Positions 36,501 to 50,155 of a stretch of DNA of 64,000 bases are shown here, piece after piece. The notes beneath the pieces were generated by a model. That model did not search any database and was not told the origin of the DNA. It saw nothing but the letters and a program-made list of their open reading frames with translations. The number at the start of each line of letters is the position of its first letter. Position 1 is the stretch's first letter. Both the position numbers and the translations under genes were made by a program. Origin of the DNA: Saccostrea echinata (Eukaryota); NCBI RefSeq assembly GCF_033153115.1, contig NW_026889750.1:3534001-3598000 (forward strand), given 5' to 3'.

Positions 36501-39500
36501 CCTCTACAAGCTTGTTCATTCAGTTGAACCAACCTGGAAGAATTATACATGTACATGTATAAAGCAAGAGTCATTCTTCTGTACAATGAAAAAGCACTTG
36601 TGAAAATATCAAAAAATCCAGTTCCACTTGTGAATTAAATTCCATATTCATCTACAAAACATTGAATATCTTCTATGTATTTCATATTTATGAACTCATA
36701 AGAAAAAAATTTACTCAATTTGAAGTAGAATGTTTTCACAGGAACATAACTATAATGTCATCACTCTTCATAAAATCTCATTTTTGAATTTCAAGGTTGC
36801 AGATGGAAACAGAAATGAAATTCAGAACCAGCTTGTAACCAAAAGATCTTTTATTGGTAAAAATTCCATATTTCATAGTTGTGTTCAGATTTTATGGACT
36901 TTAGAATAATTATTACATGTGTAGCAAACATTTTGATTAAATTAATGATACATGTTTAATGTTTAAATTAACAGATATACAGTTTATTTATTTTTTACTT
37001 TGTAAGGTGGTTATTGTGGAGTATATTGAACTAATGAATTTGCAGGAAATACTAGCATGGAAGCAAGCCTGTCACTCCTCATGGCCAACTTGTCAAAAGT
37101 CCAGAAAAATATGCTTGTGATAGATCCATTTGTTGGAACAGGTTTGGAAACAGTTCTCTCAATTAAGTAATACAATTCAAGGTTAATCTCAATTTGGGCA
37201 AATTTAAGAATCAAATTTTACAAACTTTATGTACACGTTCATCAAAATGTGATTTCAAGACAGTGAAATTTTAACTGCGTTTACAGGAGGTTTCAGTCAT
37301 TTAAAAAATATATAGATAAATGTGCATACACATTTTACAGGTAGCATACTAGTACCATGTGCATACCATAAAGCTTATGTCATGGGAACAGATATCAATT
37401 ACTTACTTCTACATGCTAAAGGTAGGTAGTATTCCTGTATGTATTTGCAATGAAAATAATTTTTTTAATTATACTGGACTTAAAGCTTTTGCAGTAAGAA
37501 AATCTTTCGAAAATTTAACTCTTGGTACAATCAAAATATTTCCTTCAATCATGCTGCTCATTCATGTATTAAGAGAGGACCAACTATGTCATGCATGTTA
37601 CACATGTATATATCATTTTCCTAATTGAAGTTTAAAATACATATTTAAGAAATGAATTTAATTTTTGAAGATTGATGAGGACATGAACTACGATGCTTCA
37701 CTACGGCATATTTGATGAAGTGCGTCAGCGCTTCATGATAAATATGCCAGTGTGAAGCGTTGTAGTTCATGTACCTCATCAATCTTCAAAAATTAAATTC
37801 ATTTCTTATATTTACATTATTTTTCTGATGAGTCACCACAAATTACGCCATTCAACTGATATTTTTTAAGCAAAACAGTTTGCACTATAGTTTTGACGTC
37901 CAGTATGGTATTATGATGTAACAATGAAGATATTCATGCTCATCCATGGTAGTTCATGAGAAAATGAACTGTATTCTATTTGGCAAATAATCTTAAGGAA
38001 AAATATTTGGAAATTTAAATATATAAATTTGAATACTGTAAATCACTTTTTATTCGTGATAACTTTATTTTTGCATAATTAGGCAATACAGTGTGCTTGC
38101 AAAAATTTTATTCTCACTTATTTTAGCATTCCTTCAGATTATAAAGAGCTACAACCATAATTCATGAAAATTTTGTCTCGCTAATAAAGAGTCAATGATT
38201 ATCTCGCGAAAAAAGGTGTTGCGAAAAATTAGTGATCTACAGTACATGTGCTTGAGTTTGAAGCTTAATTTGTACATTATTTGTATGTAACAGCTAAGCC
38301 GAGCAGGTCTAACCAGAAGGAGAGATCCCCCAATGAGAGTATCAGGAACAACCTGGCAGAGTATGGATTGGAATCTTATTACTGTGATATATTAGTTGCT
38401 GATGCTTCAAAACATGCCATGTGGAGGCATTCGGAGATATTTGATGCCATCATCACTGATCGTAGGCATACAAATATCTTCTCAAATTATTTCATTAATA
38501 GAATGTAAAATATAGCATATCAAGATAAACAGCTGATTTCTACATGACTTGTGTGTGTCTTTTTAGATAATTAATCATTGTAAAAAAAACATATTAACTT
38601 GTTAAAGGAGTAAAAATCATCATCATATTTATAATGGAAGTTTTTCACAAAATACAGAATTACCGATAAATGTCATTTTCATGTTACATGTATATTTTGT
38701 GTTCCTCTGACTAAAACTGTCAGACCATCTTGGTGATTAAGTCAACTTCATAAACCGTAAATCAGGAATTTAATCTCTAGTGGAGTTTTTAGTTGATCAT
38801 TCCATAATTCCCATCAAATTTGCTTTTAACAGATGTATAATTAACAGTGTTAGACATCCATTTAAGTTAAAATAGAAAAAAAGGCAATAAATGAGTGTGT
38901 TTGAAATATCTTCCAGCTCCGTATGGGATTAGGGAAGGGGCAAAGAAAGTAGGGAGAGAAGACACTCAAGTCTCAGTGACATCAGACCAGTAAGAATTAT
39001 GTACATTTACATATACAGTACCAACCAGACCCAACCTGACACAAAGCAGTCCCAGAGCAGTCCCGGGGACTGCTTTCTGGGACTGCTATAGCAGTCCCAG
39101 AGCGGTCCCAGCGGTCCCAGAAAGCAGTCCCAGTGGGCGGGGTTAATTAATTTAATGGGCGGAGCTTACTCAGAATGAGATTACCAATAAACAATGTAAC
39201 TATATAAAAGGCAGTTGAAATTGATGAGCAATTCTTTCTGAGTAGTATCAACAAATATTTACAATTCTTACGTGACAGTCATTACTGAACTGTTAAGAAA
39301 ATCACAGTACGCGTATAGAAACAAATTATAATTATTGAATGAAGAAGACGTTCACACCTATTAATAACATGAATATTTAAATACAATTATTTGGTATATT
39401 AATTTTTAACCGATATAAACCAATTTCTTTATTTTTTGTGATTGATATTGGTTTTCATATTTGTTTTTTTTTTATATAGAAAATTAAACTTGAATTGTTT

Positions 39501-42500
39501 ATTTTATACCAGAATTAGCTTTAATTAAGGAATAACTGTCTAATTTTTTGGATTCATGATGTGATCAATCGAGTGGCTTGCGTGATAATTTGCATAAACG
39601 CCGAAGGCGTTTATGCATAAAATTATCACGCAAGCCAATCGATTGATCATCGTCATGAATCCAAAAAATCTGACAGTTATTCCTTATATTTACATGCTCC
39701 TGATTCTGCAAATTCCCATGCTAATAGTCCCGCTTCTGTCTCTATTTGTCACGCCCCGCACGTGATTTTTTTTAACCGCGCCTATCGATGAACCAGTAGA
39801 TTTATGTAGAAATAAAGTATTTTTACAATTTGTAATTTTATCTCGGACAAAGACATTGGAAATGTAAATATATAGATATCAATAATTATAGAGCAAGGCC
39901 GATTCCCATACTATACCCTGAATGCATTTTTCTTAAGTATTGGAGCTTTTGAAAAATTCTTTGTTAAACATTGCCGAGTATTATATTTCAGTCATGATTA
40001 TTTTCAATGACTTCCCAATTTAATTATCTTTAGATAATCGGTTTTAAGTGTTTTATTATATAAATGTTCGAGTGTACATATGTAAATCACGCAAATGGAA
40101 CCCTCAGATTATGTTCAAAATTAATTAATCCCGAAATAAATTTATACACAATTATTGAAACTAAGATTTTTTGAAGGACATAGATTGAAATTAGTGTCAA
40201 TGTTGACCAGCGTGTTCAGTGATGTGTAACACTGATACCCAAATAACATGCATTGACTTTTTGCTAATTATGCCCAAAGGCGATTGAAACCTCAGGTGTT
40301 GACACCATTTTATACAATCCCATTGTATTAACCGGCCAGGTAAACACAAACAAAAGAAACAAGTCACAATTCCCGATATTTTCAAATGTTTATTTTTTAA
40401 ATAAATGTACTCTTTTAATGACTTTTATAAATTAAAAACTAATTCATAAATAAATCCCCGAATAATTGTTCACATTGTTTATGTGACAGAAGAATGGTAG
40501 AATAATTTTATTTCATGGTCATTAAATAAATTATTAGGTTTTATTTAGGGTGGTAAAAAATAGCATGGAGTGCTCTTTTTTAAGCATGGTATTAGCTTTT
40601 TCAATTAAGAAAAAAATCCAGTACAGTACGTTCCTCTGAATACATGTATCTTACTGAAATGGCAAGTTTGTTTTTTGTTTGTTTTTTTTAAATAGTGCTA
40701 ATGCAAACTTTGAGTACATATGTAATTTGACAGCATTAATTTATTAAATAGGCCTAGATAATTTTTTTTTCAAACACCTGTATTGAAGTTTAATTTAAGG
40801 GATAAAAATTATCCCCTGACTTCCCTTTTTAACTACTTTTATTTTCTTAAAATTAATTCTAGACTACAATTGTGTAAATTTACAGCCCTCTGAAGACATT
40901 TAGTACATGTAATTACATGTATAACTATCTCTATTTATTTAATTTTTGTAAGAAATTAATACATGTACTTGTTTTTTTTTTATATTTGCTTTTATCTTAA
41001 ACACTTCTCTACAGAAAGTAAACAAAACAACAACAATGAGCTGCAAATTCAGAATACACAAGGGGCGGAGCTATCATGTCACTCAGAACCTTTTTCACGC
41101 ATGAGTGAACAAAGCAGTCCCAGAAAACAGTCCCTGGGACTGCTGGGTCTGCTTTCTAGAGCAGTCCCAGAGCAGTCCCATAGCGGTCCCAGAGCAGTCC
41201 CACAGCGGTCCCAATGCAGTCCCGGGGACTGCTTTCTGGGACTGCTTTGGTGTCAGGTTGGGTCTGGTTGGTACTGTATCATATATAAAGCAAATCAGCT
41301 GTACCTTTAATCATGCTTACAGGTTTAGAAATTTATAAGAAAGTACATGTACTAATATACTTGTACACTTTGATTTATTATCATATTTGTCAATTGAAAT
41401 TTTCTTTGTTTTCAGAAAGGTGGATCACATTCCACAGAAAGTTGACTACGGTTTGGCCAACATCTTTAATGACCTTTTGAACTTTGGTTACAAATTCCTG
41501 CAGCTTGGTGGCCGACTAACGTACTGGTTCCCTGTCAATAGAGTTGAGTAAGTATCAGTAGCTGAAACATAGCTATTCATTGCTTGCATGTTTGAATGAT
41601 AGGATTGCACAAAGGAAGTACATGTACTTGTAGCTGTAAAAGAAAGTTGGGTAAGTTCTTGATTTGATGTAAATCTGTATTCTGAGAATTTTATTATTGA
41701 GAAGATAATTTATATCACTAAATATATAGAATTTTACCATTCAAACATAATTGCAAATACATGTAATGATATTGCACACATTTCAGTCCCCATTTGTGTC
41801 ATATGGTAGTAAATAAAACCAATTTTTTTAAACTGAAGACACTGTGTTTCTGTGGAATTAAAGTCATATATGGTGTATTTTTGATAAGTTCAGACTAACT
41901 AAAATTAAAAAGATCTATTTGTTTTATTACTTTATATAAAGATATGACTTTCCTGTAAATTACCTTGCACAATTTTAATTAATCACGTTTCAAGGATATT
42001 AGAAATTTGAAACAATAACCAATTTATTTACCGGCTCCGCATTTAAATAAGAGATACAGATTAAGGTCTATGGAAACTTGAGGTTATTCAAGTTCAAAAT
42101 GTTTATATACACTCAATTTCGTATTTTTATTTTTTGGTTCAGATACGCCATATATTGCTTTAAATGATGAAGTTTTGAAATGAGGAAAAATAAAAAAATA
42201 TATACAATTGTAATTATTTAAAGAATATTCAAATATTATTTCTTCAGTTACGAAGAGGAAAACATTCCCCATCATCCCTGTATGAAGCTGATATCAAACT
42301 GTGAACAGGTGTTGAACAAAAGGATATCAAGACGACTGATCACCATGGAAAAGTATCAACCATATAGGGTCAGTACAGCACACATTTTCACACATTATAG
42401 AAAATACAGTTAAGCAACATTACAAGAGCTATTTTCTTTTTTTTTATGAAAATGGGAATAATTCATTTTTTTTAAAACTTGAATAGAAAATCGAGTTATT

Positions 42501-42754
42501 TCCCTTTCAATTTGTTAATAAAATTGCGTTCAGCATCACGAGTTAATACCTGAGAAACTAAATCTTAATTTTTCTTTTTTTTACCTATAGAATAAATATT
42601 TTATTTGCAGGATGACAAGTATTTAGCCAGTCAAACCAATGTGGACCACTACCTGAATGCTTCTTTCAGAGATATGTATTTCAGAGTGGGAGAAAATCCA
42701 CAGAAATCTTCTAAATCTGACGAGAATTTACAAACCAATAATCAACCACCATAA
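30584..42754 (+). CDS. TRMT11: tRNA (guanine(10)-N2)-methyltransferase, Trm11 homolog, 14 exons
   Basis: Exons 30584-30673, 30858-30929, 34052-34125, 34291-34369, 34474-34566, 35362-35505, 36796-36856, 37046-37141, 37341-37421, 38294-38461, 38917-38989, 41416-41547, 42248-42368, 42611-42754. Motifs YLLYFANHHVDFRI, KRSFIGNTSMEASLSLLMAN, SAM-binding IDPFVGTGS, FDAIITDPPYGIRE, GGRLTYWFP, SRRLITMEK. Confidence 0.95.
30783..30808. mobile_element. 26-bp TIR-only micro-element with 7-bp TSD
   Basis: TTTAGTC|TAGAGACAT-TTAGGCTT-ATGTCTCTG|TTTAGTC. Confidence 0.55.
31304..32231. mobile_element. hAT MITE
   Basis: CAGGGTTG...CAACCCTG with a perfect 8-bp TSD AGTAGATG and GGGAAATAC/GTATTTCCC subterminal repeats. 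Confidence 0.88.
32513..32652 (+). mobile_element. Solo LTR with tRNA-like core
   Basis: TGTGGTAG...TGTTACA containing A-box AGCTCAATAGGTAGAGC and B-box GGTTCAATCCC; flanks ATAA/ATAC. Confidence 0.6.
32853..33211 (-). mobile_element. Complete TRIM (miniature LTR retrotransposon) with tRNA-derived LTRs
   Basis: LTRs 33211-33084 and 32982-32853, PBS TGGTGCCTTGACC (33081-33069), PPT AGAGGAAGGAA (32993-32983), 4-bp TSD CTCA on both sides. Confidence 0.85.
33406..33737. mobile_element. hAT-like MITE
   Basis: CAGGGGTTGAAAT...ATTTCAACCCCTG with GGGCTAG repeats; the flanks share TTTGTA. Confidence 0.7.
35520..35940. mobile_element. hAT-like MITE
   Basis: TAGGGAT...ATCCCTA termini with degenerate flanks attattat/attataca. 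Confidence 0.55.
37646..38021 (+). mobile_element. Long-hairpin repeat family 1 (Crypton-like), copy 2
   Basis: Colinear with 3020-3401 over its whole length. Confidence 0.7.
38036..38242. mobile_element. Tc1/mariner-type MITE
   Basis: TA|CTGTAAATCACT...AGTGATCTACAG|TA. Confidence 0.65.
39016..41276. mobile_element. 2.26-kb non-autonomous TIR element with TA TSD in a TRMT11 intron
   Basis: TA|CAGTACCAACCAGACCCAACCTGACAC...GTGTCAGGTTGGGTCTGGTTGGTACTG|TA, GCAGTCCCAG subterminal repeats at both ends, no transposase ORF. Confidence 0.85.
39526..39870 (+). mobile_element. Long-hairpin repeat family 2 (Crypton-like), copy 2, nested in a TIR element
   Basis: TAAGGAATAACTGTC...GACAGTTATTCCTTA hairpin with apex GCCGAAGGC and tail ending ATGTAAATA. 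Confidence 0.75.
41862..42159 (+). mobile_element. Kolobok-type MITE
   Basis: TTAA|AGTCATATATGGTGTAT...ATACGCCATATATTGCT|TTAA; second copy inverted at 49808-50155. Confidence 0.75.
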
Positions 42755-43932
42755 ATTCTCACCAAAATCATTAAATGAATGAAATTAAAGAAACTGTAGC
42801 TTCCTCAAAAGCTTGCAGTATCGTGAAATGGTGTCCAATACATGTTGGTTGCATCAGGAAAATACGGCCTTGCTCACACTGAACACAGATTCTTAAGGCT
42901 ACAGCGAATTAATTGTTTGTTACATTCCTTGAAAGAAAACTATAGTACTTTGAAAAAATATCAACTTCAATAAACTGAGTGGCTTAAAAAGATATGTTGT
43001 TTAATTTATTTCTTTTCATATGGACTGTTTCTGTGAACAAATATGCTTTATTTGATAAGCAAAATGCTCAATATCATAAGAACTGGATTCTTTGCAAATA
43101 GCTTACAACTTTATAAAAGAAGTAAAACCAAAGACTGACAATGAAAGATTCCAACAAATCTTGTGAAATCACATAATCATTTAATACATGTATGTCCTTA
43201 GTAAACACAATAAAAGAACACAGAATATCTCCATTACTTCCATTCTTGGATCATTTTGTAGATGTGACAAGAAATAACAACAAAAAAATCCCAATATACA
43301 TGTATGCATTTTTTTCCCCCAAAAATGTTAGAACAACAATTTTCTGATTCTCTGATTATAGGAATAAACCAGAAATGGCAATCAATTTTCTGTATAATGG
43401 TCAGAGAAAAATAAATTACACATATTCACATTATATTCAGAATTTCTTACCAAATACCAAGGTAAAAACATGCCAAAAAAGTCGACACATTGATAACAAG
43501 GTGAATTATCAATGGAATACTCTCCTTCACATGGGTGTATAAACAATTGGTCTTGGATATCAGACTCCCATCCCCCACAGACACATAAACCTGTACATAC
43601 ATATAATACATAATCATACATACATATATTACATAATAATTAACATTCGACAAGTTCTCATTTCTTTCAGAAGTTCTCATTTCTTTCAGAATTGCACAAC
43701 AGAATGTGTTACATAGCTCAAAGTTTGCTTTTCCTTGCATTTTACTGAAACAGAGAACTGCCTGTAAACATATAAGTCAGCTGTTCTTGTAGTGTTTACT
43801 ATGTAGTTCACAGCATAGTGATTTACTGTGTGGTGACAAGATTTGTTTCCAGATGAACACGTTAAGAGGTGCCTAAAAGTGCGTCGAGTGGTGTGTCCAG
43901 ATCACAAAGTGAGGAATTGGGGAAATATTTGT

Positions 43933-46900
43933 TCAGTTAGATGTTTTCTCTGTGAGAGATTCCAACACTCGCTCTATAGACTCTAATACCCTGGTCTGAT
44001 TTGTAAGGTCTTCTGGCTGGACAGTCTGAAAAGATACAAATATGCATCAATTAATTACAGGTACAAACTTGATAACAACATTAGTAATGTTAATTTTGGT
44101 CCTGTCACGTGCCAAATTACTTTCAAATTTCCTCAGATTATTATATAAATTAGGCAAAAAAAAAATGGGGGTTCTGGGATCAAAATATGACCGGTAGGTT
44201 TACACTGCAAGAGTTATCCTTTTTGTAATAGGAAGGGGAATACATGTAACTCAATTTTCTCTCTTTTTTTTCTCCCTACATGTAATAATTCATTTGAACA
44301 TCAAGGAAATGGTTACTTGATATGTATACAAGTAAATATAATGTCTGTTTAAAGCATTACTATTTTTACATATACATTGTAGTAAACATACTTAAACACA
44401 CTTCAGGATTATTCAAATTCTATATAAATACATGTGTATCCTTTATTCTGTATATCCAGTCATTTTTTTTACTGCACCCTGTAGGAAGAAGTCTCAGAAT
44501 ATCAGATGAGGTTTACAGCCCTATACTTACAGTGTATTTTTCCTTCAGTTGTTGGGCAGCCCATGCTGCATATTTAATATTACTCTGTTTGTCTTTCCTG
44601 TTTGCACTGGTTGCTAAGTTACAAGATGCCTACAAAAGAGACAAGATGTACATGTAGTTTCTCAGAAACAACTGTTTCTAAAAAATTTATTAGAACAGAA
44701 AAGAGTTACTGCATTTACCAGCAAAATTTATCTTGATGGGAATATTTGATGGGGAAAAAAATCTAAAAAATTTTCCCAAGAACAGAAAGGCACCTCCTGT
44801 TGAAAATACAATATCTATCTTAACACAAATATTTGTATGCAGTAAGAGTATTTATATAATCTAAATATAAATATACATAAGTAACTTACCAGGAAGCAGC
44901 CGTACAGGGATCGTACACTGTTGGGATTAAGTTTTATGGCCTGTGCAAAGTAGGTCCTGGCAACAGCCATACTGTCTGGGTCACCCATTGTGTATTTTAT
45001 CTGTAAAATAATGGAAAGATTATCAGGATTATAGAGGTTCATGGACCATGAAGCTCACCTGTCTTAACTGTCAGCGAAAAAACATATCATGAAAAGTATA
45101 ATTAATTGTGGTATCCATAAGGTTCAACAGTTTAGATTTTGATTTCTAAAAAAAAAATCTATGTAATAAAAAATGTGCAATATTCATAAGAAAAACAAAG
45201 TTGAAGTCTATATGCTTTTGATTAAATGTTCTCGGAAAGTATTTCAGTAGTGTATTTGTATATTTTGGGACCCTTACTATCCCCTTGGAATGGACCTTCT
45301 GGTCATGTTACAAACAAAATTCAATCCAAACTATCCTTTTAACTTGACAAAATACACATTTGTTCTGAAAAAAGTTATTGACATATTTTCTTTTTGATGT
45401 TACTGGAATGGAGGAAATTGCGTGCTTCTGGAGAAGAAAGAAGTCAAATATCTGTAAAGTTAAAACAAAAGGTTAACAATGGACAAGCTTTCTTGAAAGA
45501 GCTCAACTGAGTCTCAGGCTGAAAATTAACTGTGTTGTCCACCCCCCCCCCCTTTCCTCCTCAAGCAACAATGGGGCTTTAAATGAATCTACAGATTCAA
45601 TTTGATTACTTAAACAGTATTTATAGAAAAATGGAAAGAAATCGGGAAAACAACATGGTAAACTTTGCATCATAAATTGAGAAATACCAACCTCTGCAAA
45701 TTTTTGGTGATAAAGGTGATTATGGGGGTTAGACATGATCAATTCCTCCATACAGAATGCCGCCTTGGTGTAGTCTTGAACAGCTAAATATAGATCACAC
45801 AGCTCCATCCACGCCTCAAAGTCTGTCATAAATCTGTAATTATCATTCAAAATGGTTCAAAGTGCCTACAGAGTATGTGAAAACTGTCCTCTTTTTTTTC
45901 ACACTATATTTTTAATCCTTGATATTCTGAATTTGTTTATTTACATGGGTATCTATCTTCACAACTTTAATAACTTGAAAGCCAGGAGTTTATTTACATC
46001 TATGTTCTTCTGCAACAACAATTTTTAGCAAATGCATGTTTTCTGAATTTATCAGGCTGGTTGAAGAATTACATGTATAGTTTTCTAATCAAATATTGTC
46101 TATACATTGAATATCATTCAAATGATTGAATACCTCTGTAAGTTCCTGAAAAGATTCTTACTAAGGGAAATACAATTTATATGTACATGTATCACTTACT
46201 GTTTGAGGTATTTGTTTAATTCATCAATTGCCTCTACCATTTTGTTTTGTGCTTTACATATAGCCACTTTCCTTTTCCTGGCAAACTGGATAAAATAAAT
46301 GTTATCATAAAAATATATTCTTTACAACTGGTTCTCAAAAAAAAAATTCTCTGTTTACTGCAGACACAAGTCATAACAGAATAAGAGACAAAGCGTTTAC
46401 CATATTTGTGGGGTCATCTTTGATTATATCATCATATAACTCCCCAGCCTTAATGAACCTGAAATTTTTTTTAACAAAAAGTATCATCCATCTCTTTACA
46501 TTGTTTATGAACACATTTCATCCTAGGATGAGAATTTGTACCCAAGAAGAAAGATACATTTACCGGTAATATAAATTTCTGTTCATGCTTTACCTTTCCT
46601 CAGCTTCAAATTTCATTCCCAGCAATCTTTTCACTCTCATCGATTTGGGGAATTTGGCTTTAAGGAGTTCTATACAGGTCTGAAATAAAAAAAAATATTG
46701 AAACACTGAACTACTGTAGCAAATACATTTTTACTAGCACTATTGAAACTTCATGCTGTTTAGAAACAATGTACTTTTATTGCCTGTTCACTTGTGCTGC
46801 TGTAAGTGTATGAGTAACATTTCAGACAAATTCTACCTGAAAAATGCTCTTTCTTGTTGAGAGTATGTTGGATTGGAATGCAGTTTGAAGTCTGTCTTCA

Positions 46901-48786
46901 TACTTAAGTTAAAAAGTGTTTTATTCTTCATGGTTCATTACCTCTGCGATGTCAGTTCTTTGACAGTCGAGTGCAGCAATACAGACTTGTTCATACACTG
47001 TCCACACTGAAAACATACAGTAAAACCTTAATAATATTGTAAATTCATTATTTCACCTGTCTTATATATATACATGTATACATACATTTGTCTATAAATG
47101 TCTCAACCTTGTCAGCTAATATATTTTGGGTTGGAGATGTTATAATTAGAGTAAAACACGCTTATATTGAAATGCCAGGGACGGACAATTTTGCTTCATT
47201 ATAAAAGTAATTCATTATATCTTTAAGTTCACTGTATATTTCAAAGCCATGTGGAATGAAAATCACTTCACTGTAAGCGTCAATTCATTACATGTTCACT
47301 ATAAGAGTGTTTTACTCTATGTCATACTGATCAAAATGGACTTGCATGTTGAGGCATTGAAAAATGATTTGCAGCATGATATTTCACATGAGGATATTTC
47401 AAGTTTCATCATTCATAAAAAAAAAATAAAATTATACAGCACAACATCTAAATATCTTGTCATATACAAATGTACAAGTGATGCAAAAATATTGTGTTGA
47501 CAGTGGGCTGTTACATACACTCATCTCCAAGTTTGTTTCTTTCTGCCATTAGCACATCTTCCCAAAGTGAAACAACTGTTTGTCCATCTCTAATCTGGTC
47601 CTCTCTCATTCTCCGAAGATGGTTTCTTGCCTCTGTAAATTTATGTTTTCATGTATTCAGATTACAATTTTGATTGTACCATGACAATCTAAAAATGCAT
47701 ATTCTACACTAGAAAAACCTGTTGAATGAGTGTTGATAAATTAAACTTACGTTGAAGCTCATTCTGTACTTTGAATGTGCTAAATTCAAGAAAATTCACA
47801 AAATATAGCTATCTAAGGAGTATTACTTTCTTCTTCATCATAAAGAATGTTCTGGTGTAATAAAAGTGTGAGTGAGCAGCACAAAGTACCACCTGTGAAG
47901 CAAACTCTTTAGAGTAGACTAACATTTAAGAACAGAGGAAATTCAAACTGAAAGCTGTACATTCCTCAAGCAAATTTTTGTGTAAAAAATATTGGGACTT
48001 TAAAAGACACAAAAAATGTATCTACCTAAAATGGCTTTCATTGAGAACATTGCACTATTTAGACTCTGTTATGGAAGTGCAACTAACAAAAGACATGTAC
48101 ATAATAGTCTCGACTAAATCTTGTTCAGTTTGATCAATTTGAAGAGACAGATCAAAGTTAAAAGTGTAAGCTATGCAAGAGTTTTGATGATATCCAGTAA
48201 TAAAAACAACTGCGTTCAACCCAACAGTTGCACTGTAGAAACATAATATTTATCTCAACTGTGCAAATTGTACACTCCTCATACTATATCATGCTTTATG
48301 GGTATCTGGAGATATTGTCCAATGGAGAGCCCAGACTCTAGAGAAATTGTAACTAAGTTTGAAAAACATAAAGTTTTGATTAAGATTTCTACTGAAAAAA
48401 TATTTAAGCCATATGTAAACACACTCATAGCATCTGCAAATTACTGTGATTGTAAATGTGCTTACATTTCAATGAATTAAAGTCTAAAAACCTTTATCTT
48501 ATATACCACTTTAGTTTAATTATGCTAATGTCATTATGTTACTTGGTCTGGTGTGGTGACAGTAGCCGTACAAAATCACAGAGTGAATATAACAAAAAAA
48601 AAACACATCTACAGATCAACACTTACACTATTAAATATATGGTTAAAAGGGTTTATTGTAGATATTTGCATACAATAGCATATACTAAGAACTTGAGTTA
48701 AATGTTTGAGCTGAAAAAGATTCTGTATACAACAAAAACTAAAATAATTTAGGAGTTTCACCTTCCCAAGATACGTGCCGCGCCAT
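43933..48786 (-). CDS. EMC2: ER membrane protein complex subunit 2 (TTC35, TPR protein), about 10 exons
   Basis: Exons (minus, some approximate) 48786-48762, 47632-47519, 47006-46942, 46679-46594, 46458-46401, ~46285-46200, ~45833-45692, ~45000-44890, ~44629-44531, 44025-43933. Motifs KLGDELWTVYEQVCIAALDC, FPKSMRVKRLLGMKFEA, DFEAWMELCDLY, KAAFCMEELIMSNPHNHLYHQKFAE, YFAQAIKLNPNSVRSLYG. Confidence 0.95.
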
Positions 48787-49194
48787 CTTGGATTGCCTGG
48801 TTCCCTGTCCCTCGCTGCTTGATGAGGCTAAATGGCGAAAACAACCCCCAAGAAGGACATTTTTCATATCTCTTTTTTCTTCTTTACTTTGTTTTAATTA
48901 TTCCAAAATTACAAATATAAAAATAGATTTTTATAAACATTTGAAATATCGAGATACTATACGATAATTAAGTCAAATAAGAATAAGCTGTTTTAAAATA
49001 ACATAAAATACCTAAAGTTTATCCCCCCGGTGGATGCCCAGGCCTTTAATATAGAAATACATTGAAATAAGATTTTTTTTAAATGTCAATTTATGCGATT
49101 TTTTTACTATCATCAGTATTTAGCCTGAGACAGACAATACACAAAATACATACGTACATCGATGAATGTTTAAACCATAATTTATTTGAAATGA

Positions 49195-49234
49195 CAGGGA
49201 CCTATATACTAATATATTAGTATATAGGTCCCTG
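49195..49234. mobile_element. Perfect 40-bp palindromic micro-element with 7-bp TSD
   Basis: GAAATGA|CAGGGACCTATATACTAATA-TATTAGTATATAGGTCCCTG|GAAATGA. Confidence 0.75.
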
Positions 49235-49807
49235 GAAATGACAAGCAGAAAATACAGGCAAGTAGTACAAAAAAATCAAAAAGGATTCGGAAACAAGTTT
49301 GAAAACTTATACTAATCCGTTTCCTTATTATTATGATTAAGATGACAGACCCTTATTAGATACAAAACACGGTTTTAAGCTGCTGAATGATTGAATTTAT
49401 ACTAAAGTTTAATAATCTTATCTTATACCAAATCAATATAATTTCTTTTTGTGGGGGATATTTATTTCGGTTTCAGGATATAAATTAATCATACTACATA
49501 CAATTAACAATTTTTTTAATTAAAGCGTCTCATATTTAACACTCTTGAAATGATATGCATTATCCAATGAGAAAAATGATCCGGACATTCGTACAATTTA
49601 TCAATATTCAAAATCATAAGCATAAAATATTTCTTTTAGTTCAGATTCAATTTTAAATTTAAAAAAAAAAACAACACAAATCCCTATTTTAATATGGAAT
49701 TTCCATTTTTATTATTATTATTTTTTTTAATATTTTATACATATCTCTAACATTTTCCTTTCTGCTTATATAATTTCTGCATTGATAATGCAGAAATTAT
49801 GCATAAA

Positions 49808-50155
49808 AGCTATCTATGGCGTATCTGAGCTAAAAAAAAAAAAAAAATAAAAATACGAGATTGAATGTAGATGAACATGATATTTGTTATTTACGTTCAA
49901 ATCAAAATTTTCACCGATTTTGAACTTGATTAACCCCACGTTTCCATAGTTAAATTGACTTAAAACTGTATCTGATATTTAAATTAATCATGTGCGGAGT
50001 CGGTAAATAAATCGGCTAATATCTATGAAACGGAATTGATTTAAATTGTGTAATTTACAGGAAAGTCCTATCTTTATAGAAAGAAATAAAACAAATAGGA
50101 AGATCTTTTTAATTTTAGTTAGTCAAAACTTATCAAAAATACGCCATATATGACT
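49808..50155 (-). mobile_element. Kolobok-type MITE, second copy
   Basis: Reverse-complement similarity to 41862-42159; ends ACGCCATATATGACT|TTAA. Confidence 0.7.

Noticed and set aside
40963-41338. ORFs of 115 and 77 aa
   Set aside because: They lie in the subterminal repeats of the 39016-41276 element and have no recognisable domain.
42755-43932. Overlapping 3' UTRs of convergent TRMT11 and EMC2
   Set aside because: Candidate poly(A) signals exist on both strands near 42970-43030, but transcript ends cannot be determined from sequence alone.
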